A stretch of DNA of 64,000 bases, from contig JAAOMT010000375.1 in the NCBI GenBank assembly GCA_016748015.1, positions 306,019 to 370,018 on the forward strand, read 5' to 3'. The notes under the pieces are model-generated. The model was not told the DNA's origin, made no database searches, and worked only from the letters and a program-made list of their open reading frames with translations. Positions 12,779 through 25,899 of this stretch are shown one piece after another (within the stretch, counting starts at the first letter, position 1; every line of letters begins with the position of its first letter). This DNA is from Geosiphon pyriformis uo1. Its lineage: Eukaryota; Fungi; Glomeromycota. Made by a program: the position numbers and the translations under genes.

Positions 12779-13398
12779 TGTTATGGATGGGAGTAACAAG
12801 CTAATGGATAGCAAGGGAGAACAGGATTATAGGGTGATGGAAATAATCAAAGGGGATTCAACTTCAATAAGCGAATTGAATGAGTATGGATTCAATGTGC
12901 GAAATCAGTCTCATAAAATATCTCAGTTGCTATTCTTTTCAAAAAGTAACAAGGGAATCTGAAGGTAAAGGGATAGTCTGTACTGTCAACAATTGATTAC
13001 TGCTGGTATTAATTCTATGCCTTCACGTCAGCACTCTTAGAATTCAATATCAGGTATCAACTTGTGTTCTTCAGTCATGTTTATACAAATAGTCTTCAAA
13101 TACTACAATTATTCAAACAGAAAAAGGCCAACAAGTAATCTTTTATTCTAAGATGTTTGAATACTTGAAGGTAGGGAAAGAGAAATTAGTGATAAGAGAG
13201 TGATTGAGATGAAAGTTGTTATTTTTATTTATTTGATTCTTGTCTGAGAGATGATTTTCTACAGCTAAGAGACTTATCGCTTATATAGCTATTGAAAGTA
13301 GTCAATAATTACTATCTAAAAATAGAGTGGCTAATTATATGACATCAGTGGCTAATACATGTGATAACTAATAAAAATTATGGATTTCAACTGTAACA
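12779..13398 (-). repeat. 5' LTR of A1
   Basis: TG..CA ends, direct repeat of 5832-6475, PBS adjacent. Confidence 0.93.
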
Positions 13399-15719
13399 AT
13401 ACTTAAGCTATTACTTAGTAATAAATGAATTATTTGAATTGAATACCAAATTAAAACAATTTGGTAAAGCTATTAATCAGAAAATTGAGAGATATTTAGC
13501 TAATAATTAGGCAATCTATTAGCCTCCACAATGTTATGAAAATTCAGAAAATTCTAACTGCATCTAACAACAGTCATTTTTATTATTATTAAATCAATAG
13601 TGATAATAAAAGACATGTAATTATTATTATTATAGTAAACAAAAACATTTGCAAATTGATTGTTGTGCATAGTTAAATAATCAATAATCAAAAAATCAAA
13701 ATTGAAATCTCAATTGCCAGTTCTAAACTTTAAACTATCAACCAAATCAAAACCAATATCAGCCTTATTATCCATTAATAATATAATAAGCAATATATTT
13801 ACTGTCAATATATTAAACTTCAGCATTAGTTATTTATTAACTGCAGCCACAGATTATTTATCAATCTCACTCATTTCAAACACTGCCACAAAACTCAGCT
13901 TAAGTAATTACTGGAAATTAATAATCAAGAATCACCCAACAAAACTGGAGATTAGTAATAGTAGTGCATCAACCAATTTTCTATTTATTACAACAGTAAT
14001 CAGAATTATATTAGTGGAGTTCAGAAACTGAGTACACCCAAAACCCAAATTTCCAAAGCTATTTAAGTTTCTTGGTAACCTCAAAAAATGCCTCAACCAA
14101 CAACCAGGAAACCAATTAACTTATTTCTTACAATATTCTACCAGCTTTTATTACAGAAGACAAATCACTTGTTGTAATATTCTTCTTTAAACTCAAAAAA
14201 CCAGTTAAAACACTTCTATTCAATAAAGCTGTCCTTGAAACTAAACTTATTATAGTCATGTACACTAATGCCAAAATTGATGACCATTCTATCAAGCTAA
14301 TTTTTAATAGTAGATTAGCAGACAGCATTATTACATGACAACTTATGAACTAATTAGATTGCTAAGTTGATTGTGTTACTAGTACCAGAATTATTACTAC
14401 TAATGAAATGACAAAAACACTCATTGATAAAATTAACAACTTTTTTTTTAAAGTTAATGGCATTATTGTGTCAATCAAAGTATTAGTAATGGAAGCCATA
14501 CAATACCAAGCTTTTGTTGGTAATAACTGGCTGTTCAAAACCAATGTTATGTTTGATTAAACTACTTAAGAGCTACAGATCAGTCAAAACAGGTAACATA
14601 TATAAGTACCAGCTACTTGTGGCCATTTCAAACTACAAATTATTCAAGCACAACAACTGATTAAATTTGAAAAAAAAGAGAAATCTACTTAAAAAGCTTA
14701 CCAAGTCTTCTGGGTTAACAATAATCATAACAACTTACTACTAGTACTCATCTAAAAAGAAAAAAAAAAGAAAAAGAAAAAGAAAAAAAAATATTCCAAG
14801 CAATCATCTTTACATATATCCCATATATCAACTCCAATCAAAGTCAGCCAATCTATTATCAATCCAAACTAATCTGTGTTAATTGTGGTAAAAAATTGTT
14901 GACAATAGATACATGTTGTAATAACAATAAAAAATGACTAATGATAACAAAATATTACTGCTGTTTATGTATTTTTGAATGTTTTAGATGACCAAAAAGA
15001 CAAAAAAAATAGAACAACAAATCATATTTTGCTTGTGGAAAAACTTTTTTGAACAAGAGAATGTAAAATAACATTTCTGGTTGTGAAAAAACATATAACA
15101 AATTGTGTTAGTACATGATTCTTATAAATAATTGGGTAAATAAAAAAATGTTAATAGACATTGCCTAAAAAAGAGTTGTAAAACATTTAGATAATTGTTC
15201 ACATAATGATAACAAAATCTGGCAAATAGCAATCACCAAAATTGAAAGCACATCTTTAAAAAATAAAAATAAATAAAAACAACTCACCAGAACCCAAAAA
15301 AATTATTTGAATCTTAAATTTTGATATTATTCTTAATATTATAGACTCAAAACAATTCTATAAGTACTATTAAGAATTAGTACTTATTAAAAAAGAGCAA
15401 GAGCAATACTTAAAACAACTTAATATCTAACTATATAATTATTGTTTAATTTTATGTAATTTCTAGTATTATAATGATTATAATATTATTTACAATCTAC
15501 CATTACACATAATTTATTTAATTCCTAAAAAAAAAAACCAATTAGCAAGTATGTATTGAAATCAGAATTAAAAATCAATTACAATTTAAACTCTAATAAT
15601 AACAACAACAATGGTTCTAACTTTGTTTACTATGACAATAACAATAATAATTCAAACTCCAATTACAACTCTAAACAATATATTATGCTTTCAAATCTAT
15701 TAATAAAGCAGAAACTTAA

Positions 15720-15990
15720 ATGGTTTAACAATAATAATGAAAATATTATGCCAGAATGCACACATAAAATTAATGCAGAATTTGATTTTAGGTATTTAAA
15801 AAAAACTGCCATCAGATTGAAACCATATTTGCACATTAGTATAAATTTGAAAATAGCACTAAAAATTCTAACAACAACAATAGTTCAATTAGCATCTAGA
15901 TTTAGTTTAGTAAAAAAAGAGATTAACATTAGAAAAAGAATAATTGATGCAAAATATGTAGGAAATATTATTGCAATACTACAAAACAAC
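15720..15990 (+). pseudogene. dUTPase domain (truncated) in element E pol
   Basis: AEFDFRY, QLASRFSLVKK and IIDAKYVGNI are decayed trimeric dUTPase motifs I, II and III. Confidence 0.85.
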
Positions 15991-16959
15991 TTATTTTTAA
16001 TTAAATTCAAAAAACTTATTTCTTAGCCAATTTTAGAAATCTATCAAGTTTTTTGGATTGACAATTTTTAAACAGAGCTACTATTATCTTTTACATAAGA
16101 AAAAAAGGTAAAAAAAAAGCTAATAAAAAACCCCAAAAATTATTATTAATTTACTTAAACCCAAATTAATGGAATCAATCATATCAACTCCTAAAATTAA
16201 TTTGTATTGATTGTAGAAAGAAGTTATTTTCAATAAATGTTTACATTAGAAACAATAAAATATAGTCCACCACTATCAGATACTATTGCCAATTTTGTGT
16301 GTTGAAATGATTTAGATAACCAAAATGACAAGGCAAATAAGACAATATGCCATGTCTTGTATGTGATAAAATCTTACTAGATGAAAGATTATGAAATAAT
16401 ATCCTTAACAGAAGAAAAACATGTAATGAATTCTGTTAATATATTATTTTAATCAATAATTGAGCATAAAAAAAAACTCTATTTGCCATAACTTATAGTT
16501 AAGCAATAAACTGACTGAATTCATATTTCATGATAAAAAAAAATTTGAAACATGGCCACAACAAAATAGAAGAATGTCATAACCAAAGAAGTACACATCA
16601 TAAAAAATATTCTAGTAATTATCAAAAAAATAGATGACTTATTTACAGATAATTCTAAAACATTTCAAAACTGGTATTAAAAACTTGTTTTATTTGAAAA
16701 TAACAGAAACAGAGACTAGTAAACCTTAATACAAAACTGTATAATTATTGCTTAATCTCTAGCCATTTTTAGTATTGTGACATGTATAATCTTTTGTTTA
16801 ATTTATTTCCAAAAACATTATATTTTATTATCAAACTACTAAAACTTAAGGAAAAATATGAATTTATTACTAAGAACATATTATTTTAAAAACCAAGTAA
16901 AACTACTGAAATAGAACAATATTTTACCTATTCTAATCTCTCCAAGAGTTAAAATTAAA

Positions 16960-17360
16960 ATAATATAATAAAAATAATAAAAAAATATGCCTTAAAAAAG
17001 CACATAAAAATGATACTGAATTTAATTTAAGATACTTTGAACAATTTTCTGTAGTTATAGCTCTACACTTTCTTGTAAAAATAGATCTCAAAATAGCTTT
17101 AGAAATTTTTATCAGTACTATAATTCAAGTTGTCTTTCAGTTTAGTCTTGCAAAGAAAAAAATTGATGTAAAAAAAAAATATTAAACCTGAATACATTAA
17201 CAATTATAATAAACTCTATATAATTAAATCACAAAAAAAGATTGTTTAAACTATCTTTCTGTTTCTTGTAAAAATACTCCAATTAATCCCAGTAATCATG
17301 CATAAGAAATTAAGCTTCACAGCTTGAAAAATTAAAAAATTTGGATCAAGTAAAAGAAAA
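16960..17360 (+). pseudogene. Second dUTPase domain (element F)
   Basis: AHKNDTEFNLRY, IDLKIALEI, QVVFQFSLAKK, and motif V remnant FGSS near 17340. Confidence 0.75.
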
Positions 17361-19337
17361 AACATAGCAGTTAATTTTATAAAAGACAACAGTAACAAAA
17401 TAGAATTTATTTACATTAATATGGTTATCTTTATCTTTCTGTATCAACAATACATTTTAAAAGTAAATTAAAAAATTCAAAATTAAGTTTTTTTATTTAA
17501 AGCTAACCCAGAAATTTTGTTTTTTAATTAATATTGTCAACTTATATATATTTACCAAAGTTTACAAGTATTTCAAAATCTTTATTCACAATTCCACTAA
17601 AGATATTATTGAGATTTTTAAAGGAACTCTTATAAGTTCTATTTCTTTGAACATTTAAAATTCTAAAAAATCTTAGCCTATTTTAAACTTTGTACAATTG
17701 TTCTTATTTTATAATATTATCTTTCAAGTATAGAACCTGCCAAAAAAAGCTACTTGTTTATACTAAAAAAAATTGCCAAATTAAACTTAAGAAACTTAAG
17801 TATTTTATAATAAATACAATTTAAAGTTTTCTTAAAACAATATAATAATATTTTTGCCAGCAAAAATGAATTTAAACACACTAATATAATAAAACATCAG
17901 ATCAACATAGAAAATGTTAGATCCATCAAACAATAAATTTACCAAGTAATTCTAATAGATAATAATCTGATTAAAAAAAAAGTACAATAAATGTTAAATA
18001 ATAAATTAATTAAGAAATCATTAAGTTTTTGGTCTTCTTCAATAGTATTGGTTATCAAAAAGAATGAGAAAATACAGTTCTGTATAAATTACCAAAAATT
18101 CAACAGTATTACTCAAAAAAATAGCTATTTAAATTTTCTTATTTAGGAAATTCTGGACAATTTACAGAATAAAAATGATTTTCTTTCTTAGACTTAGCCA
18201 GTAGATATTGACAAGTTGAAATAAATCCTAAGAACAAAAAGAAAACAGCATTTACTACATAAGACAGAAACTTTAAATTTAATGTAATGTTTTTTAAACT
18301 TTGTAATACTTCAGTTATCTTTTAATATTTTATGAATGTTATGTACAAAAAAATTCTCTGAAAATTAGTTGTAGTATTTTAAACAATACCAATGTGTTTT
18401 TAAAAACATTTAATGACCATCTATTCTATTTCTAACAAGCTTTTAATTGCTTACAAAGTGCCAAACTAAAGTTTAATCCAGACAAATGTTTCTTTGAAAA
18501 GACCAAACTAAAATTTCTAAGACATATAATAGAAAAAAATGAAGTAAAACCAGATTTGGACAAAGTAAAAAAGATTAAAAACTTTTTGGTTCCAACTAAT
18601 TTATAAAAACCAAAAAAATTCTTAGAATTGGCTGAATATTATTACAGATTTGTCAAAAATTTCTCAAATATTGCAAAATTATTTTATTACCTGCTGTCAA
18701 AATATGTCTTATATTTATAGAAAAAAAAACAACAAAAGACTTTTGACTATCTTAAATAATACTTAATAGAAGCATTAATATTAATTTATTCAGATTTTAA
18801 TAAATACTTTATTATTACTACAAATGTTTTAAAAAATAAACTAGGAGCCATTTTATTTTAAATTAGACCAGATAATTAAGAACATCCAATTACCGACACC
18901 AATTACAGTACTAGTTCAACAGAAAAAATATATAGTGTAACAAATTTGGAATGTTTCACTATTTATTAAACAGTAAAAAATTGGAGACACTATCTTTGCC
19001 AACTATTTGATCTATATACAGATTACAAAAAACTCATTTAATTATTCAGCAAGCCACAACTGGAAGGAAAATACTGTATGATAGAATATCTATCTGCAAT
19101 AATTTTCATACAAAGTATATTATAAAAAAGAAATTAAGAACACTAATATTAACAGTTTGTCAAAGATAACACAAATTTAATTCCGAACTCATGAACACAA
19201 CCACTTATCAACAATTACACTAATATTTATTAACATTCTAGTTCAAGAAAAAATTATCTTAATAAAAACAAAGTATTATACAAAAACAAGTTTGTAATTA
19301 TTTTATTTAGAATTACCAACTATACTATTAAAAATGC

Positions 19338-20305
19338 TGTTACAGGTGATTATTTGGGATATTAAAACAAATAACAAATCTATAACTTGGTATTTAATAG
19401 CTTATACAATTGGTAAATCTAAAAATTTTTATGATCTAAAGATTTTCATAATCTAAAGGGTTTGGTAGAGTTTTTTGTATAATGAACAGAGATTTAATTG
19501 ATGTTTTAGTACTTGTTCTGAAAGTTTTTTTTGTAAATTTTTTTCTCAGCATAGTGGTTAATTCTTCTGGCAGTTTTATTTTTCTGGTAAGCTATTCTTA
19601 ATTTTATGAATTCTTTATCTTTGTTTCATAGATCTTTTACCAAACTATTCTTGATGTCAATAACTTAATATTTAATTCTTTTAATTAATTAATAAACAAC
19701 ACAGAAACAAAACACAAGAAAATAAAAAAAAATAAAAAAATAAAAATAAAAATTAGTATCTCATTAATAGTTATAATCAAGAGCTATTAGTTTAGTATAG
19801 TTAAATATTGAATTCTATTAACATAAAGTATTAATAGAATAGAAATGATTAATATTATTTAATTAAACAATAATAATATGAATTTAGATAATAATAAATA
19901 TTTTATTAATGTGTGATTTGATTTTGTTTTAAGTTGTAGAAACTACTTTTAAAGAAAAAAGTATTGGCTAATTAATTGATTATTAGTATCAATTTTGTTT
20001 TTTTTGCTTTTAATGCTCTTACTATATATACATAATTCTTGTTTTACAAGATCTTATATTTTTTTAAACAATGTACTCTATTTTTTCTGACAATGTTTTT
20101 ATTGCTAAACAATATGTTATAGTTTTCTAACAATGTGCTTATTGTTAAACAATGTGCCATAATTTACTAACAATATGCATATTGCTAAGCAATGTGTTAT
20201 AATTTTTTAACATTTTGCTTACTTTTTAAGTATTATTTTTCTATTGGTCTATTTTTTTATTTGTTTTTTTTACTTTCTTTTTTTGTACTTTTTCTATAAA
20301 TAAAA
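19338..20305 (-). mobile_element. Solo LTR, type E, inserted in integrase of element F
   Basis: Reverse-complement homology to 1351-3189 (minus the nested LTR-C); TSD ATGC/ATGT. Confidence 0.8.
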
Positions 20306-22289
20306 ATGTCAAAACTACATTATCTTACAAAAAGTTATAAAAAACAATGAAAAAAAAACTGTTTTGCATAATATGTACTTTAATCTAATTGCAAAACACT
20401 TTAACAAAGATGTTATTCTGAAAAGAATAATAAATCTATATTATTGGCTAATAATATATAAGAATATCTTTAAATATGTTTTTAACTGTGGCTTATGCCA
20501 ACAAAAAAAAGGAGCAAGAACAATAGAATTACTTCAACACATTTCAGTTGGAAATCTATTTAATAGAATTGAGATTAATTTGGTTGGTTTTTTTTCAATT
20601 ACATCCAAAGAAAATTGTTATATTGCTATAACTGTAGATCATCTTATTAAATAACCAAAAACCAGAGCAATTTAAGTAGTTAATATTAAAACAATAGCCA
20701 AGTTTGTACATCAAGATCTAATTTGCCAATATAAATGTTCAAAAGAATTGTTATCTAACTAAGAAACACATTTTGTTAATAGTATGTTAATTTAAACTAA
20801 ACCAACAGTTTAGAATAAAATAACTTTTATTATCATTTTATTACTCACAAACAAATAAATTGGTAGAACAATTTAACTAAACATTGTATAAAACATTAGC
20901 AAAAATAAGTTATAAAAATACACAAAAATAAGACTTATTTTATACTTTTTGTATTATTTACATACCAAATATTAAAGCAAAATACTATTTAGCTTATACT
21001 ATTTAAACTAGTCTATAGAAGAAAAACCACTCTATTTATTGAATAAAAAATATTTTCTTTTCCAACAAAAACAATCACTAAAGAAAATTTTAAAACTACT
21101 TTATACCAAAAAACATACTAGCTTATAGAAACATTAAAAAACAATTATAGAACAGCAGCTAACAATATTAGTAACACTCAAAAATAATAGAAAAAAAAAC
21201 ATGATAATTGCCTATCTGACCAACCAATTGAATTCAAGATTGAAAACTAAGTACTATTATATTATACAAAAGCTGAAAAACAGTAAAGTAAAAAGTTTGA
21301 TCCAAAATAAGATGATCTATTTCATATATACAAAGTTTTAGGTAATAAAACTTATAAATTAAGATTAAAAAACAGAATTTTAAAGAAAGTAGCACATGGA
21401 AATCAGTTAAAAATTTATTATACAAACCAAAAGATATTGTATTTTATATTTCAATTAGAAATAGAGATTTTATTAATCAGACCAAAAGATATATCACAAG
21501 ATTTAGAACCAATTATTATCATCAAAATGTAATTAACATATAACTATTTAATTGAAAAATTTAAATATATATAATGACTAAAACAACAAAAAAAAAGTCA
21601 ATAGCATTTTTAATATAAATTTTTTAAATTAAATCCTAAAACTTTCAAAACAATTATTTAAAGCAATTTAACAATTCACAACTCAAATAAAAATTACAAT
21701 TAATAAAAAAAAGATATAATACAGAAACAAAAACAAAAAAAAGATGAGCAAAAGTTCAACTAGAACTAAACATTTCTATTTCTATAAATGATTATGGAAA
21801 AAAAAGATATGTGTTAAACAAAACTTAACAAAATTAAAGAATCTTTAAGTAAACTAAACTTGGAACCAATAATAAGAGAATAAGCACCAAAAAACTTCAG
21901 AGTATGAAAAAAAAGACTTCCATTAATCTACTAGTTCTATAAGATTGGTAAACAATTAGGATTGAAAACACTATATAAAGACTTTAATTACCAAATTTTC
22001 AACAGAGAAGCTTTTAAACAAGTAGAAGAATTTATAGGAAGAAACAACTTAATATTGCACTACAAAATAGCATATTGATTATATACAGTATTCAAATACT
22101 GTTCAGCTATACTGCTAAACAGTTTCCTAGAAACTATTATAGTCAATAACATAAGATAAATAATAAATAAACAATTTAAAAACTTATAAAAAACAATACT
22201 TAACACAACATTTAAACATTACATGAAAAATACAAATTTTATGAATACATATAATTTTACAGAAGCTAAATTCTAAAAAAAAAAAATAA

Positions 22290-23317
22290 TGTTACTTAAG
22301 TAAAAAAATCAATTCAAAAAATATTGAAAAAAATGTGATTAGAAAAGAGAATAATATAAAAAAACATAATAATACAAAATAATACAGAATAATATATTAT
22401 AACTTAAGATAACACAAAATAACACAATAATGTGAAATGGCACAGAATAACTAGCCATAACATAAAATAACTAGTTATAGTATAAATAATAAAGCAATAA
22501 CAGAAATAATAAACAATAATTAATAATAACAAGCAATCAAAAAACAATCTTATAAAACTAGAAATATATATAAAAATGAGTAGTTTTAGCAATAAAAAAA
22601 GGACAAACAGAGAAAATAGTTAGATAGAAAATATATTTTTTATCTATATCTATTAGATTTATTTTATCTATATATTTATATTATCTCAAATAAAAAAAAT
22701 ATTTGAAACCAAAAATTACTTATTCATAATTCCTGAATTTTATGTTTAAACTAAATTACTTATTTTTTTATCTTTATTTCCAGCCAGATGCTTTTAGCAT
22801 AAAATGTTTTAAACAAATAACAACTTGAACCAATCACTCTTGCTTATAATAATTAACAATACTAATTTTTTTTATTTTTTTTATTTTTTTATTTTTTATT
22901 TTTTCTTCTTCTTTTTTTTTTATTTTTTTATTTTTTTTGTGAAATGACAACATTGTAAAATCGACTGTTTGGAAATAAACTTTATTACAACCTGGTAAAA
23001 AGAAAAGTTTTCTTTAAGATTAAATATTAATATTATCTTATTAGCTTATTAAAAGAGCAAAAAGATACTACCAGATTTTAGTAATTGCACTTAACTAACT
23101 TGGAAAAAATAGCTCACACACTTAAGTTATAAATAATCAAATATTTTTTTGTATTTTATAACTAAAAAACTTTACAAATAAAACTAATAAAAAACTTTCA
23201 AATACTAATATCAAACAACTCACCTTAAATATTCAAAATAGAGATCTTTAAGCTCTTATTATCTAAATTTAGAGCACCAAATATTACCACAATATCTTAC
23301 CAAGTTTACCCTTAACA
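22290..23317 (+). repeat. 3' LTR (type B) of element F
   Basis: TGTTAC...TTAACA termini, preceded by a purine tract; homologous to 3498-4627. Confidence 0.75.
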
Positions 23318-23440
23318 ATAATATTTTAATAAGATAATAAAATTATAAGAAAATTAGCTCTTTAATGTCAAATCTGATCCTAATTAGACTGCTAAGTAAA
23401 TAAGTAGTCTTATTAAAAATAATTATGAACTTGTTAGTAT

Positions 23441-24061
23441 TGTTACAGTTGAAACCCATAATTTTTATTAGTTATCACATGTATTAGTCACTGATGTCAT
23501 ATAATTAGCCACTCTATTTTTAGATAGTGATCATTAACCACTTTCAAAAGATATATAAGCAATGAGTCTCTTAGCTGTAGAAAATTATCTCTCAGACAAG
23601 AATCAAATAAATAAAAATAACAACTTTCATCTCAATTACTCTCTTATCGCTAATTTCCCTTTCCCTATCTTCAAGTATCTGAATATCTTAAGATAAAAAA
23701 TTACTTGTTGGCCTTTTCCTGACATATATAATTGTAGCATTTGAAGATTATTTGAATAAACATGATTGAAGAGCACAAGTTGATACCTGATATTGAATTT
23801 TAAGAGCGCCAATGTGAAGACATAGAATTAATACTAGCAGTGATCAATTGTTGACAGTACGGACTATTCTTCTACCTTCAGATTCCCCAGTTATCTTTGA
23901 AAAGAATAGCCACTGAGATATTTTATGAGACTAATCTTACACATTGAATCCATACTTATTCAATTTGCTCTTTAAAATTGAATTCTCCTTTGATTATTTC
24001 CATCACCCTACAATCCTGTTCTTCCTTGCTATCCATTAGCTTGTTACTTCAACCCATAACA
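23441..24061 (+). mobile_element. Solo LTR, type A
   Basis: Reverse complement of the A1 LTRs, TG..CA ends, exact TSD GTAT. Confidence 0.92.
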
Positions 24062-25021
24062 GTATTATAAATAAGATGTATAAATTAGATATATTTAATA
24101 TATTAGATAACATAAGTAATATTAATATGTAATTAAAGCTTTTTATTTGTAGTTAGTTGTATCTTGTAATTTTTGTATTATTGGGTAAGCTGACTTTATG
24201 AAAGTGCCACAATTTTGTGATAAAACTAATAAAAAACCAGTATAGTTACATGTTAACAAAAAAAAACTATAATATTATTCTCTCCAAAGAAATTGAGCTT
24301 TAGTAAAATTAAGCTATTTATGAAATATTCTAATTGAAGATTTATATTTAACTCAAAACTAACTAGTTTGTTAAAGTTTTTTGTGAATAAAATATATAAT
24401 ATCTGAGATAAAATAAGTTTCATATCTAAGAGACCAAATCTTTATATAAGAGTTTTGGCTCTTTTAACAATGATTAAAACTTTTAAGACATCTAATTATA
24501 TAATATTCAGAATTTTTACTTATATCTTTAAAGTTGTTTTCTTCATAAGCTTTATATTTTTTATAATTTTACCAAGTTAATTATAAAGCTCTAATTGTTT
24601 TTTATATAACAGATTTTTGTTTATAAGCAAAATTTTTTTAATTGTTTTTTCAAATATATTGAAAGGTAATAATATACTTGCTATTATGCTTTTAAACATA
24701 TATTTATTCATTTTGCTATGAATTTTTTCTTTTTGGTAATGGTTTTTTTTGGTCTAATAATAGTATATGTTCTACTATTATCAGTTATAATGGTCTGTTT
24801 TCTAATAATCAAAGTAGTATTTAGATAATTTTTAATTTAATACTTATAGAAAGTATAGAAAACATTTTAAATGTTTTGATTCAGAAAATAATTGTTTATG
24901 TTAATTAAAAATACTTTTGTTTTAAGAATGATATATTTATATCTGATTTTTGTTGATTATTTAAATCAGTATTACTATAACAAATAATCAATTAGGTCAT
25001 TTGTAATATTTTTTAAGTTAT

Positions 25022-25898
25022 TGTTACAGATGATTATTTGGAGTCTTAAATCAAATAACAAATCCGTAACTTGGTACTCAATTGATAAAATTTGTTGGTA
25101 ATATCTGAAGGTGTTGTTTTATTTGAAGGTTTTGTTGTAGAGTTCTTTGTATAATAGACAAAAATTTAATGGTTGTCTTTTCAGTAGTTTCCCAGAATCG
25201 CAATTCTATTGAATTTTTTTCTCAGCATGGTGGCCAGTAATCTTGGCAGAGATGCCCTTTTGGTAAGCTATCCTTAAATTCTCAATTCCTATAACCTTCC
25301 TTTGGAGTTTTTTACCAGGCTATTTGTAATATCAATATCTCAGCACTTAATCTTCAAGTAATTAGTAGAACAAAAAAAATAACTAAAATAAAAGAAAATA
25401 AAAGAGATAAGCCAAGGCAATAAATGTTTGTATCCTATCAATAGCCGTGATCAAGAGCTATTGTTCCAGTGTATTTAAGTATCAATTACTATCAACATGA
25501 AGTGTTAATAGTAGAGAGTGGGATTGAAATAAAGAATATTTATTTATTTGATATTTGTGAATTAAAAGGTCACTTAGATGAAATCTTAGCTGGGAGGTTT
25601 TCTAACTAAAAGATTCTGTCTTTTCTATTTCTAATACTACCACTATATATACATAATTAAGATTCCTTAATTTTTCAATTCTTCACACCAGGAATTCTGG
25701 AATTCCTAGAATTCTACAATTCCTTTTGAGAGAAATTCTGGAATTCTGGAATCTTGCAATTCCTTTGTATGAGAATCCTGCAATTCCTGGAATCCTGTAA
25801 TTCCTCTTGAGAGAGATCTTAGAATTCCACATTTACTATGGCTACTTCTAATTGGCTAATTTATATGCTAATATACTTCTTATATTTTATAAGTAACA
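25022..25898 (-). repeat. 3' LTR of D
   Basis: Direct repeat of 34266-35118; GGAATTCC-type 9-bp tandem array at about 25690-25830. Confidence 0.92.
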
Positions 25899-25899
25899 T

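Larger units (their letters stand above)
5832..13398 (-). mobile_element. Full-length mutated Ty3/Gypsy LTR retrotransposon A1
   Basis: Direct LTRs 5832-6475 and 12779-13398 with TG..CA ends; exact TSD ATAC; PBS 12756-12772; PPT 6476-6491; gag-PR-RT-RH-IN domain order. Confidence 0.95.
1351..15990 (+). mobile_element. Gypsy element E, 5' portion (LTR, PBS, gag, protease, Cys-rich linker, dUTPase), interrupted by solo LTR-C, solo LTR-B and element A1
   Basis: gag rejoins across the insertions (NYLFA|PIITKINK at 3497/4628; LKANY|...ELNTKLKQ at 5831/13399). Zinc-knuckle remnant near 13620, protease MYTNAKIDDHSIKLIFNSRLADSII near 14260, dUTPase 15720-15990. Confidence 0.8.
15991..23317 (+). mobile_element. 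Gypsy element F, 3' portion (linker, second dUTPase, RT, RNase H, integrase, ORF3, PPT, 3' LTR type B)
   Basis: The linker region restarts at about 15991. dUTPase about 16960-17360, RT about 17950-18560 (LDLASRY*QV), RH to about 19180, IN to about 21530 (split by a solo LTR), A-rich PPT, then LTR 22290-23317. Confidence 0.78.

Noticed and set aside
23318-24270. Sequence flanking the solo LTR-A as a separate element
   Set aside because: Too decayed to assign; no recognisable motif or second copy in the window.
25690-25830. CRISPR-like arrays (also 1430-1580, 3550-3700, 51997-52067)
   Set aside because: These are short degenerate tandem units without unique spacers, lying inside LTRs, with no cas genes.
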